Below, in pieces: positions 1 to 11,622 of a stretch of DNA of 64,000 nucleotides (position 1 is its first letter; each line of letters opens with the position of its first letter). The notes beneath the pieces were generated by a model, which was not told where the DNA came from, ran no database searches, and saw nothing but the letters and a program-made list of their open reading frames with translations. The stretch comes from Iphione sp. A-MEVVRFRX5 (lineage: Eukaryota). Location of the stretch: contig OZ320319.1 of the NCBI GenBank assembly GCA_976226885.1, forward strand, positions 47,368,001 through 47,432,000, in the 5' to 3' direction. The position numbers and the translations under genes were made by a program.

Positions 1-2559
1 TGAATGTAATGTCAAATTCATCAATCCGGAGGCCAAGGGGGATGGGGCAAACCTCTCTATACCAGACAGCAAATATGAACTCACTTTTTGGAGGATGTCC
101 TTGGCCAGTCCTCTGCATTTTCAACTGGCCCTCAATAATAACACACATTTGACCATGCCTCCACGCTACTCTACCCTTACCTACTGACTGCAAAATAGTC
201 CAACCTGGTGGATGCTTTGTTAATAAAGTTATCGGCCTTCGGGTGGCCCAGCAGATCAAGTCTGATAATGATAGTGTACATGCAAAATTCCTCTGCACCA
301 GCCTTCCTGGAGAAGGCAGCTGGGAGAAGTTGCAATCTCCGCCTCATGGTTGGGAGAGCTAGCCTCTCCCCAGTCACCCGGCCGTTTGACATGGGAGGAG
401 GGCCTCACTCCCTCCCTCCTGTTGGAGGGGTGCCTTCTTGACACCTGGGCCAGGACACTGATCGACATAGGAGGAGGGCCCGACTCCCTCCCTCCTGTTT
501 TCTTCCCCCGCCACGGCATGGAGGAGCTCCTTCTGCCCGAATGGGCCAGGTCGCTGCTCGGCATGGTAGGAAGGCCTAGCTCCCTCCCTCCCATTTGCTT
601 CCCCCTCCACAGATGGCAGGGGTGCTCTGGTGCCCGGGCAATCCTTGTTAGAATGCTCTCCCTCCACAGGAGGAGGGATTGCAGTGCCCGCTGGCAGAGC
701 AGGCTCCATGCAGGAGGAGGGTGCACTCACTTCCATACTTGACTCACCTCTGCTTTCCCTTTCAGGAGATGACAGGGGCTGATAGGTTGAGTTGGTGCCG
801 GTCATGACTGCTGTGACATCTGGCACACCCTCGTCTTTCACAGAGGCTGCCCCAATGCCAGCAGTAGCTGGTCGCTGGTGCCTCCCATTCCATGACCTGG
901 CAAGCTAACCGCCATGACTCCTCCCCCTCCAGGCAGCCCTGGTGCCCTGGCGAGGTGACGGTAGCAGCAGCAATGGGGGACGGGCTCATGTTCCATCAAC
1001 ACCCCCCAACCTTGATGAACTGTTCATCCTGCGGAGGCTCTGCCAGACTCTTCTCTTCCTCGCTGGAGTGCAAGTAGGGACCGACCAATGACCGAAAGGA
1101 GGTATCGCCCCCCTCTGTCATGGCCTCTTGGTGGCTGTCACCTGCCATGGCTCCTACCTCTGCGGCTTCTCCCTCTGTAGTGGCTGCAGTGGCTGGATGC
1201 TGGCTAGAGGCAGTGAGGAGCACATTGATATCCACTGCCCCGAAGAGGTCCTCCAGGACCTGGGCGGCTTCGTCCACTTCAGCTGGCAGTGCCTTGGGCC
1301 CCTCTCTGGCTGAGTTGACCAGGATCTGGACCGCCATGCTGAAGTCCTCCAGTGTAAGGGGCATAGTAGGCATCCTCAGCAATGGAGATGGGGCAAACCC
1401 CGGCTGGGTTAGGGTCTCCAGGAGGGGGACAGTGCCTTGTCTGGTAACCCTCCACTCTTGCCCGCCACTGGACTGGGCCATCCCACTGAGGTCTTTCCTG
1501 GCAGGCTCCCCGGCTTCTTCCTTTTGCCAATGTCCGGGATGCAGAGGGGTCCCCTCCAGGGGTCAACCCCAACCCCTTGCCAGGGGTCACTGGGTTGGAC
1601 ATTAAGTGAGTCGGCCATGCGCAGAGCTCACTCCAGTTTGTCCGCTGCTGTGAGGAGTTTTTCCATAGAGGCAGGCGTGATGGCCAGTGTCATAGCCTCC
1701 ACAGCATTAATCTTGTCGATGGCCTCTTGGAGGCATGCTTTCATCATCCGTGGGGAGGCTGGCTGGCCCGCTTCCCTACCAGCCTCTGTGCTCTCCTCTT
1801 CTGCCAGTTGGTGCACTCAAAGGTGCACCATTGGTGGCTCCTCTTCTGCCTCTTGGGCTGCCTTCTTCTTTAGGGGTGGAGGCGGCTTCTTTGGGGTTGC
1901 CTTGAGGGGTATTGAGTGGGTAATTCTCTTGGTCAGAGTCATCACCTTCTTAGTCAGAGTCACATTCTTGGTGGCCCTGGCTGGGTCGACCCTCACCTGG
2001 GCAGCGGTGGGTGAGGCTGGCGGTGGTGGGCTCTCCTCCAATGAGGTTGTTTCCAGTGGGGTCTTTTGCCAGGGGCTGGCTTGCTGCCCTGCCGATGGGC
2101 CCAGGGTGGGAGAGTCGGGAGCCCTCGGCCCTCGCTCTGGCATCCCAAGTAACAGAGTTGGTAAGGTGGGTCCTGTTTCCTGGTTGTCAGAGGTGGAGAG
2201 TGGTGGTGGCCCTTCTTCTTTCTGGGCAAGGAACTAGACTCCCCCAACATCCATTTCTTCTTGTGGTGAACAGTCGGCTCTCCACCATCCCTCTCCCTGT
2301 GCCACCACTTTTCCTTCTTGCGGCCCCCATGCCAAGTGGAGGAGGCTTCAGACGTTGACTCGCTTTGCTGGCTGTCTTCTGGTACCTTGCTCTTTCCCAC
2401 CACACTTTGTCCATGGGAGTGCCACTTCAGTATCTGGGAGCCCGGGTAATGGTAGAATTCATAATACCTCTCAGATATCATTGGGAGGAGTCTTTGAGCC
2501 CCCCCTCCTCATCCAGGTGCACATTGACCGCCGCTTTGCACCCCCACGCAAAGCCCTCC

Positions 2560-2900
2560 ATGCTGTGGGTCTTGACATGTCTCTTAAGGTTGTCATTGCA
2601 TTTGACCACTAACATGTACTTCGCCCCCTTGGGGATGCATGGCAACAGACTGGTGATGTCCATGGTGACCAGCTCCCACGGTGCTCGGCTCAGTATCTGC
2701 TGCTGGAGGGATGTGCGTCTTTTCAGTGTGGGACTCTTGGACTCCAGACAGGGCATGCATGCCACCCCCCAGACAGCTGGGTCTCCTTAGCTCCTTAGCA
2801 GTCCAGTCATTTTCCTTAGCAGTCCAGTCATTTTCTGGGGGCCCAGGTGCCCCTGATCGTCCCTTCATGCACCGCTGCCCAAAACGCCTTCCAGAGGGAG
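2560..2900 (-). pseudogene. pol: Gypsy integrase: N-terminal HHCC zinc finger and start of core; DDE core deleted
   Basis: HEG..GHLG-like segment, CMPC, then PWELVTMDITSLLPCIPKGAKYMLVV joined directly to ..DNLKRH, which resembles the C-terminal 'VHxDxLK' motif. This implies an internal deletion. Confidence 0.8.
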
Positions 2901-3243
2901 GGAGGGACCCACACCTGCCACCACACCTGGCCCTCTTTGTTCTTCTACCTATGCAGGATCAGTCCCCCCCTGAGCTTTGAGGTGCTTCCACTCTCCAACC
3001 AGCCTTTGTTCTTCCCAGTCAGTTTCCATGGTGACTGGGGGAGGTCCCTTTTCCCCCCTTCAAGCTGGAGGATGAGGCACTGGCCCAGTTCGTTGGCAGC
3101 TGTGGCCTTTGCTAGCATGGAGGGGGAATCCTCCATGAGAATGCTGATGGAGTTCGCAATATCCACAGCCTCTTCCTCTTATGTCCACATTGCTTGCAGG
3201 GTCTTTGGGAGATGGCATCCGCATTGTTATGGATGCAACCTGC

Positions 3244-3558
3244 TCAATGCACTACCTCCACTTCCCGGCAGGCTATTTCCTCTAACCAGCAGGCCATCTG
3301 TCCCTCCAGTTCCCAGAAATTCATGATACACCGCAAACTTCCATGATCTGTTTGGACCACCACCTTCCTCCCACTCACATAGGTCTTAAACTTGTGGAGG
3401 GCAAAGATCACAGCCAGCAGCTCTTTGCGAGTGATGCAGTATCTGGTCTCCGGCTGCATCAAGGACCAGTTGGTGAACATTAGGACACTCTCCTTCCTGC
3501 CCTGTTCTTGGGACAAGACCGCCCCAACTCCCTTGCCTGAGGCATTGGTGTCAATCAC
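3244..3558 (-). pseudogene. pol: Gypsy RNase H
   Basis: IDTNASGKGVGAVLSQ..ETRYCITRKELLAVIFALHKFKTYVSGRKVVVQTDHGSL is a classic Ty3/Gypsy RH signature. Confidence 0.93.
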
Positions 3559-3559
3559 T

Positions 3560-4000
3560 AGCTGTCCCTCCAGCTGATGATAAGTTCATCAAGGTGGACC
3601 ACACACAATTCCCCCACCAGCCCCTGCAACACCACATCCATGAGTCTTTTGAATATGGAGGGGGTGTTACAGTGGCTGAAGGGCATTACTCGAAACTGGT
3701 ACAGCCTGGAGAGTGTACACACCACATTCATGGGGCAGTCCTCTGGCTTTACCACCATTGCACTCATTCAACCTCCAGAAATCCATGCAAAATCTCCACT
3801 CCTCATTGTGCTTCCTTACCAGCACCACTGGTGATGCCCATGTGCTGCTGGATGATTCTACCACTCCCCGGTGGATCATCTTCTGAATCTCAGCCTCAGA
3901 TATCCTCTTCTTGTGAGAGGGAAGCCTCCAGAATTGCCGTCGGACTGGGGCCACATCCCCTGTGTGGATCTCGTGTTCCACCTTGTCGGTCCGGCCCATG
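3560..4000 (-). pseudogene. pol: Gypsy reverse transcriptase (frameshifted, C-terminal part deleted)
   Basis: HEIHTGDVAPVRRQ..SSTWASPVVLVRKHNEEWRFCMDFWRLN, then LYQFRVMPFSHCNTPSIFKRLM..CVVHLDELII (YLDD decayed to HLDE). Confidence 0.92.
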
Positions 4001-4263
4001 TTCTCTAGGCCTTGCTGGAAGGCTCAGTGATGTTCCTATAGAACTTGCCAGAGCTGGTGACACTCTTCCTCTGTGCAAGCCGGAGGCAGGGCAGCTAGGA
4101 GCATATTGATTAGGCTGTCATAAGTGGTGTCCTTCTCTGCCCTCGGGTCCTCTGCCTCCACGGAGTTCAGTTCTTCACTTCCTTGATCTGGCTTACTCTC
4201 TACCCCCTCTGCCCTTGGGTCCTCCATGTCCGCGGAGTTCAGTTACCCCCTCTCTTGATCTGG

Positions 4264-4870
4264 CTAACTGTCTATCTCCTCCACCTCAGTGATGCAGGCC
4301 TCCCTCCAGAGCCAGAGTTCCTCCTCCACAGCATTCAAGTAGAGGAACCGGGCCTCCCCTCGATCCACCTTAGCAAGCATGTGGGGGACCCTCAGTCCCA
4401 CCCTCTGCTTGACCTGGGTGTCTGGTTCAATCATCCACTCACCCACCTGGGCTTCTTCAACAGTAACTGATACCACAGTTTCTGTGCACCCCCTTAGCCA
4501 AGTGTCCCCCACCAACTGCACCCGCTCAGCCCAGCCTTGTCTTTCCCTCAGGTCAATTGCTCCTGCTGCAGGGTCCACGATGGCTCCCCTATGGTGGAGG
4601 GTGTCCATCCCAAGGATGGCTGCATGCTCCACCTCGGTGATGAGGGCCCCCATCGTCCATTCCACTCCTCTGCGGTGGGTGGACACCCATGTCTTCGAGG
4701 TGCAGGGGAAGGGACTTCCATCAGCGGCCACGATTTTTCATCCAGGGAGGGTGGATACCAGCAGCCCAAGGGCCTTCGCAATTTGCACTGCCAGGATGGT
4801 GGTGGAGGCCCCAGTGTCCACCAGCCAGGTGACCTCCCTTCAACCTACCCTTCCCCTGATGCTCAGTGCC
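4264..4870 (-). pseudogene. pol: Retropepsin aspartic protease and linker of Gypsy pol
   Basis: LVDTGASTTILAV, with the catalytic DTG at 4810-4818, followed by the ORF containing AILGMDTL..AIVD. Confidence 0.88.
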
Positions 4871-4992
4871 CTGGTTCGGGGGTCCACCTGCCTGTGCAAG
4901 ATGATGGGGCGGCCCACTGCTGCCATAGGCTCCAAACTTCTCTTTTCTTCTAACAAGCCATCAAGCTGATCCCTGGGGACGGACGCCCCTTC

Positions 4993-5040
4993 TGTTGGCA
5001 GTCCTGCTTAAAGTGTCCCTTCTGCCTGCAACAACCAGTT
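4993..5040 (-). pseudogene. gag: Gag C-terminal CCHC zinc knuckle (degenerate)
   Basis: Minus-strand translation ..GCCRQKGHFKQDCQQK matches C-x4-H-x4-C, with the first Cys altered. It lies just upstream of the protease. Confidence 0.7.
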
Positions 5041-6380
5041 TTGTGTGGAGGGTCGCACACCCACCAAAGAAAAATACTTATAAAGACACTTTTTTCCTTC
5101 TTATCAGAAGTATCTGATAGGCGGCGAGCCTATAAATGGTCAAAAAGAGGTTGATATTGCATAAATATGATCATTTGAAGGAAACCATATTAAAAACTAT
5201 AGTAATTGTAAGTAAATCCACATAAATGGCAATGGCAAACCGACCACTTTCAATTGGGTAGTAGACATTTGAGTCGGCGGAGACCATCTGGAAAAACGAG
5301 TAATCACTTGGGTAGAACTGATGAAGACCAGTAGATAATAAAGTATCAGAATGTATTTACAAAGTGCAAAAATGGCCTGCTTCATTACCAAGGTAAAACA
5401 CTTCCCTCACATAGTAATTTCCTTCGTACTCAGAACGGAAGAAAGCAATTGTGACTAGAAGATGGTCACCTTCTTTTAAGTTTTATGTTAGCGGGAATGA
5501 AGATCGACATATTACGATTAGTGATCTTAATAGGCATCACTTATTCCCAATAAGTTAGCAAGTGAATGAGACACATAACTGACAAATACAAATGGTCTAT
5601 ACTACAGGTCAGCTAAAATACGATGTATATGTGCTTGAGAAAAGGCTAAGATTTCAAGTTTGGAACAAGGACAAGGTGCCATATTTCCATTACTTAGTTT
5701 ACATGGGCGATGATAAGTTAATTTCAAAACTCATTTAACTGGCACATTAAATAAATTCGGAGGTGGTTTTGGTGGGCAAAGTGAAAGAAATTTAACAATC
5801 ATTTAAGGTTATTTAAGGTGCTGCTCTTACTATTATCTGAAGAAGGCATTTCTATCTTGTTGCGCATCTGCAACAAATAGTTTACTGGTTCATTTGCCCT
5901 GTCAGCTTTGTGAGAGTAGGATCACATTATGATCACTGGAGAAAAAAGACCAGCTGCTGTTACAAGAAATGGCAAGAATGACAAGTGATTTATTCCAATC
6001 CAAAAAGTGTGAAGTCACAGGCCTACATTGGTCTGTGAACTTTGAACTCGAACAATTTGAAAACACCAAAGCATGGTTATATTCTCAATGGAAATGAATA
6101 ATGGTGTTTCAAGCCTTAGGGTCAGTTTCCTTAACTGCGCTGGTGTCTGTGCATTTTGGCTCCATTTTTGCTCCGTTTGGCTCCATAGTTTTATTGAACT
6201 ATAGGACTTCAGGGAAGGGTGCCAATTGTGTCTGTGTGTGTTGGTGTCTGTTGGTGTCCGTTTTGTGTCCGTTGACCAATAACCATCCCTGACCAATGAT
6301 TTAACGCACACGGACTGAAAGCACACAGCAGTATACAGGAGATAGACTTTGAATCAGGCAAGCCTATGTTAGTCATACTT

Positions 6381-7376
6381 ATGTTAGACTTCCTAGACAC
6401 AACAATCAAGATCAGCGAATTATACACAATAATAAGTGACGTATATGTGAAACCCACAGATGTGAATAGCTTGCTGCACTACAGCTCTGCACACCCACTA
6501 AAAATGAAAAACAACATCCCTTACAGCCAGTTCCTGAGAATAAGACGGATCTGTAGCGAGGAAGAAGACTTCCTAAAAAGGAGCCTTACGAAAGCTAAAG
6601 CAATAACAGAGAGAGGATACCCTATCACAATAGTAGCCAGAGCGCTGCACGAAGCATCAAAGAAAAATAGACAATCTCTCTTAAAACGCGATCCAGTTTC
6701 AACGAATAAAAACGAACACCCAAACATATTTGTTACAACATATCATCCAGAATGCTCAGCGACAGAGAAGATGATCAAGAAAAATTGGCAATATCTTGAA
6801 AGATCCCAAACAACAAACAAGATCGCCAAGCAGAACCTCATAGTCGCATACAGAAGACCCAAAAACCTGAAAGACATCATCACAAGAGCAAGATATTTAG
6901 ACTATAAAGAACGTAAACCCAGAACGGACAACGCCTGCAACACAACAAAGTGCAGATACTGCCCTCTACTCAACGAGAGAGGGGACATTATAAACAAATC
7001 AACAGGCAGAAGATATGAAGTTAAAAGAAAAGCAACATGTAACAGCAGCAACATCATATATGCAATCCAATGTAAGAAGTGTAAAGCCACCTATGTGGGA
7101 CAAACCAAAAACAAACTAAAAGAAAGATTCAGAGCACACCTATATGATATAAAGCATAATCACAATAAGAACCTGATAACAGAACACTTCTCAAGGGATG
7201 GACACTCACTAGAAATAAGCATCTTAGAATTCATTCACCTGTCACCCAAAGAAGAAGAATCCAAGATAATCAGAAACTGCCTAGAGAACAAATGGATACA
7301 CAAACTAAAGAGCTTAAATCCACACGGAATGAACATAATGGATGGTGAATACAGCAGACCATTAACCTCGTCATAA
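6381..7376 (+). CDS. PLE polyprotein C-terminal fragment: end of RT (DFLD, YVKPTD..LHYSSAHP..IPYSQFLRIRRICS, RGYP) plus GIY-YIG endonuclease
   Basis: Uninterrupted frame of about 331 codons. It includes CNTTKCRYC..TCNSSNIIYAIQCKKCKATYVGQTKNKLKERFRAH..EHF..LENKWIHKLKSLNPHGMN. It is 5'-truncated, so not a full functional ORF. Confidence 0.93.
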   Translation: MLDFLDTTIKISELYTIISDVYVKPTDVNSLLHYSSAHPLKMKNNIPYSQFLRIRRICSEEEDFLKRSLTKAKAITERGYPITIVARALHEASKKNRQSLLKRDPVSTNKNEHPNIFVTTYHPECSATEKMIKKNWQYLERSQTTNKIAKQNLIVAYRRPKNLKDIITRARYLDYKERKPRTDNACNTTKCRYCPLLNERGDIINKSTGRRYEVKRKATCNSSNIIYAIQCKKCKATYVGQTKNKLKERFRAHLYDIKHNHNKNLITEHFSRDGHSLEISILEFIHLSPKEEESKIIRNCLENKWIHKLKSLNPHGMNIMDGEYSRPLTSS

Positions 7377-7439
7377 AAAAACCCTATATTACCCCTAAAG
7401 TGTTTAGGATTTAGTATTAATTAACATGAAATGTTAATC

Positions 7440-7495
7440 TTGGTCATATATGCCACCATCTAGGCCTGATGAGACTACCAAGTCGAAACCGAAGG
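7440..7495 (+). ncRNA. Minimal hammerhead ribozyme core in the PLE 3' region
   Basis: CTGATGA (7466-7472), stem II GAC/GTC with loop TACCAA, then GAAA (7485-7488). Stems I and III are imperfect. PLEs are known to carry minimal hammerheads. Confidence 0.65.
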
Positions 7496-7704
7496 AACCA
7501 GTGATCAAACAATGCTCTTCTTCCCACACACACACATGAATCTCCACAGTGAGACCTGAGGATTGGTTGCCATGGACAACCAACTAAACAAATATAAAAC
7601 TAAGGGACAGAGCAGGCTCTGACACACTACTCGGTAGCCATTGGTAAGGGAAGCCTAACCACGTCTCACAACATATGTTAGTCATACTTGTTCCATTGAT
7701 ATTC

Positions 7705-7790
7705 ACCAGATTTTATACTTTTTCCAGTGACATTTACCAGTTTTTATACTTTTCCAGTAAAAATCACCAGTTTTTATACTTTTTCCTGCT
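7705..7790. repeat. Three imperfect ~30-bp tandem repeats (ACCAGTTTTTATACTTTTCC core)
   Basis: Three consecutive accag(a/t)ttttatactttt(t)cc units. Possibly subterminal repeats of a DNA element into which the PLE inserted. Confidence 0.7.
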
Positions 7791-8679
7791 GCTTTCATGT
7801 AGCTCTCATGTAGCCCTCCCACAGCTCTCACGCAGCTAAATCACATCTCAATAGACCCCCCATATCCATGAACCTGTGTTGCAGGAAAATTCATGGTAAC
7901 ACACATGGAAGACAAATGCATGGAAATGCATGGCAATGCATGCAAGGAAACCGACCCTTAAGCTGGGTGTCCATGTGCACATTATGTCCATATAGCCAAG
8001 TTGGTTCGCTTGCTTCTTTTAATCCTTTCCTAATCCAATAACAACTGTATACAGGCTGCAAAGCCTGTATTGAGTGTGTTTTCATTTAACACGTCTGTTA
8101 ACACCAATTCTTTCCCCAAAACATGCCCAAAATACACCTGGCTTTCATGGCAGAATGGGACATGTTTCATTCTTCAAACATGCAGTACGCCTATATATAT
8201 ATATATGAGCATTTCATAATCAGGTGAGTCAGTTTCTTCCTCTACAATACGATAATTCCTCACTCTATGGTATACAGTGAAACACTGCGGGATCCATACA
8301 TGAACTGCACACTTTCTACATCATCTTTCATTTGACTTTTATTAAGATTTCAAGATGGTTTATTCACTTCCTTAGTGACATACATCACAAGATCTCCAAG
8401 TGAACGTAGACGAGAAAAGGAAATGCACAATTGAAAAAACTGTTAATAAAGGAATGTACAAAGAATGGCTGAATGCTACTACTATGTTCACACTGGCTGA
8501 TGAATAAAGATCTAAGCTAAATGACTTAATGGTACACACAGTAGCTATCATTGAGGGTAGTAAACCTTTCCACGTCTTTGATCTCCATTCACAATATAAT
8601 GAGTCTATTCTCTGGCTCGGAGTTCTTCAATTAAAGATGATTTTCTTTGCATGTGCATTTCTGATGTGTCAATGGCTTC

Positions 8680-9073
8680 TAGTTCGCATCATCCTCAGCT
8701 GCCTCTTGAAGCTCGATACATCATGAGTTGCCTTTACTTTAGAGGGTAGTGAATTCCAGAGTTTGATGCCTGCATATTTGAATGAAGACTTACAGAAAGA
8801 TGTTTTTGCCTTTTTTGTTGCAGTTAATGACTAATGCTTAATCTGATCACTCGATAACTGTTTTTTTTTCTCTGTCAGTATCCCTAACAGATGTAGTCTA
8901 TGTATAAGACAGAGGAGCTGTATGTTACCTTTCTTTTCTAGAGAATCGATTCCCATTTTCTTTCTTAATGAAATATTTGATTGGTACGAGAACCTTGAGC
9001 CTATAATCATGCTACACATTATTCTGTTACATCCTACTTGGAGGTTGTCTAGAGTTTCCTTTTTGTGACCCAC
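8680..9073 (-). mobile_element. 3' fragment of a CR1/L2-group LINE ORF2
   Basis: GIDSLEKKGNIQLLCLIHR..KTSFCKSSFKYAGIKLWNSLP..VSSFKRQLR is a typical L2/CR1 ORF2 C-terminus. Confidence 0.75.
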
Positions 9074-10450
9074 TATGAAACTATTAGCCTGCAGACCATG
9101 AACAAATCTTTTGTAATAGACACAACAAAAAACTTATTTCCAAGGTCAACAGGGGTACATCGTGAAGACAGCCTTTTGTCATCAGGTGTAACGATAGGCG
9201 TTAATAATATTATATGAATTACTTCCATAGTAAACTGGAGAAGGGTAATTTTCTTGGGGACAGTCTCATTATACCATATCATTGCATTAACCTTCATTAC
9301 TTCAAGATAATACCAGAGCACTTTACTGGCCACTTCCTTGAATTCCGAGAGAAATTATAAGATTGTATTTTTCTTTGAGGAAATTTAATTGTTTCTTTAT
9401 AAGGTTTTATGGCAGTCCAGTCCTATTTAGTCTCAAGGTACCACAACAGTAGGTTGAATGTTGCAAGAGACGTTTGAAAAGAGGCACACTGGTGAAATAG
9501 TTATCCATATAAACTTTATAACCCCGCAAGCATTTTGGCCTATTTCAGTAAATTGAATACAATGTGTTCGGCCATGGACATTCTACCGCGATCTTCTCTA
9601 CCAAAGTAAGGCTCAGAGCTACATACATAACCAGTTACACTTTCGGCCAACACCCAACACTTTATCTACCATTTTGTTGGTTCACAGGGTAGATACTGCT
9701 TGCAGGATAATCAGCCCTTATGTTTGATAGTAGTCTTTTGAATAGATACTTGTTGTTGAGGGACATACCGTTTTCTTGCCATGTTGTTGAAATAGTTGAA
9801 CAGCCATGTCACTCTCTGTGAGGGATGGTAACCGGTATGTGCCTTGTCTGCTCCTCTGTCATTCTCAGAGAAGTTCAGATATCTGCAACAATGCAAGTGA
9901 AAGCAGTTGTGTGCTGAACTTCGTATTTCATAGCAAGACACTGAAACCATGAAATATCATGTCTTATACTGCAAAATAGAGGAAATATATAAAATATAAT
10001 ACAATACAGAGAACCTACCACATGATCATGCAAAACTGGTCTATGGTAAGGAAACGGGGGAAGGTCGGGTAGACAAATACTCTAGTAGGGTCGGCTTCAC
10101 ACTGATGCCCATGTTCAAGGACATATCAATGAAATTCAGTATGTCCTGGACCACAAATGGCATCCATTTTGCTCTATGCCCCACATAAAGTTTATCCTTA
10201 ACTTCAGCTTGGAGGTGTGACGTCATGAAGAATTTTCATGATAAAATCACTGGAGACAGATAGACTGTAAAAGTCAAACAGCTTCTTGGTTGTCTCCATG
10301 TTCACTGCATCTATTATGCCAATATTTTCCGAAAATGTTACATCTAATTCACCTCCTTTCTTCTGATGTTCTGGAAACCATCCACTATCATTTTCTTCTG
10401 AATTTTCACTGTCCAAATTATCCATAATCTTATATGCGGCAAAGTCAAGT
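9073..10450 (-). pseudogene. piggyBac-family transposase pseudogene A (internal deletion removing the third catalytic Asp region)
   Basis: DFYSLSVSSDFIMKI; WMPFVVQDILNFIDMSLNMGISVKPT; RYVPQQQVSIQKTTIKHKG (decayed SIDE); GYKVYMDNYFTSVPLF..CGTLRLNRTGLP at ~9410-9530; KVLWYYLEVMKVNAMIWY. Confidence 0.85.
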
Positions 10451-11622
10451 TCAGCCTCCTAGTTGCTGTTCCCTGACGAGAAATCTAGATCGTTTCCATC
10501 TCAAATGATACCAACTCACTGAAATACGTGGACTGTGCTCGCTGTTAGAAACTACATCACCACCATTCAACATACATATATAAAAAATCAATTGTCCCTT
10601 CTTCTGTCATTCTAAAGACTATGTTAACTATGTTTTACCAAAGAATCATTAAAATCCAAGTATTACTACTACATATAATCGTTACACAAGATATGATAAG
10701 TATAAGTAAATAAGATAAGTAAATTTAATGCCTTGAGACATCACCCGACATTTACATGGGAATACTTGTAGGCATTTCGCCAATGTTGGCCTTGGAGTAC
10801 CTCTGGGAATCAGCCGCTGGGATAAGCTTAACAAACTGAGTATCTTCAAGGCATAGCATATTTTTTAAAGAGCTGCCAACCAAAACATCATTTCGAAAAA
10901 AAACATTCTGTATAGTACTGCAGATGAGTTCACATAGTTAACAAGGCATATGCACTACCATGAAAAGCAGCTGTCGGATGTCTTTGCAACGACCAACCTT
11001 TAATAGACAACTGTTCTGGATACCTATATTCACATTTCACGACTGAAGGTTTTAACAAGTACAAAAATAACGATATGTTATCAAGAAATCAATGAAAGAT
11101 ATCGATTCACGATTGTGTTCATATAATAGGTCTGCAATAGTGTTGTGTCCGTGTTCAAGCCCATGTTTAATGAATATATAATGGTGATAGTAACAATAAT
11201 TAGCAGAGGCATATCAATTTCAAAATGTTTAACTGCTATCTGAGAAATAGGACTTTAATTCTTGAAACAACTCGCACCAAACAACCCCATTCCTTGGACT
11301 GATTGATAAACTAAGTAGCAATACTGTTACCACAAAAGGTTTATAATAATATCATGACAATGACATCTGATTAAAAAAAGGCTATAGCTATTGCTTTAAT
11401 CCTTTCCTGACTGACAGTGGGCTTATCAAACAAAAATGTCCGATAAGACCACGGTGTTTAGGGTTAAATTGTGATGTGAAAAAAGTGTTTTTTTATAAAC
11501 GTATAAATAAAAGTGTATTCTAAGGGAAAATTGTATTTTCTTGTTATTTCAAAGTAATGTTATGCTAATTAGGATGACATTAATGTGTGACTATGTATGT
11601 GAGTGAGTCGCTCCCTGGAGGA

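Larger units (their letters stand above)
1..5070 (-). mobile_element. Decayed Gypsy/Ty3 LTR retrotransposon: gag C-terminus, pol and a 3' extension; 5'-truncated, LTRs not seen, runs off the window start
   Basis: The minus strand shows Gypsy domain order: degenerate CCHC knuckle, PR, RT, RH, then IN. There are many stops and frameshifts, and the sequence is GC-rich up to an abrupt composition change near 5070. Confidence 0.92.
6381..7673 (+). mobile_element. 5'-truncated Penelope-like element (PLE) with 3' pLTR-like tail
   Basis: Contains an RT-thumb + GIY-YIG ORF, is flanked by identical TATGTTAGTCATACTT (6365-6380 and 7674-7689), and has a hammerhead core in its 3' region. Confidence 0.9.

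Noticed and set aside
1437-2237. 266-aa plus-strand ORF (also 4379-4969 + and 2847-3326 +)
   Set aside because: These are antisense shadows of the GC-rich Gypsy coding strand with no protein motifs.
5318-5345. CTGATGAAGACC as a hammerhead start (also CTGATGAGCC at 53422)
   Set aside because: No closing stem II or GAAA follows.
5100-6360. Possible exon fragments or transposase pieces between the Gypsy and the PLE
   Set aside because: The frames are short and full of stops, with no recognisable motif.
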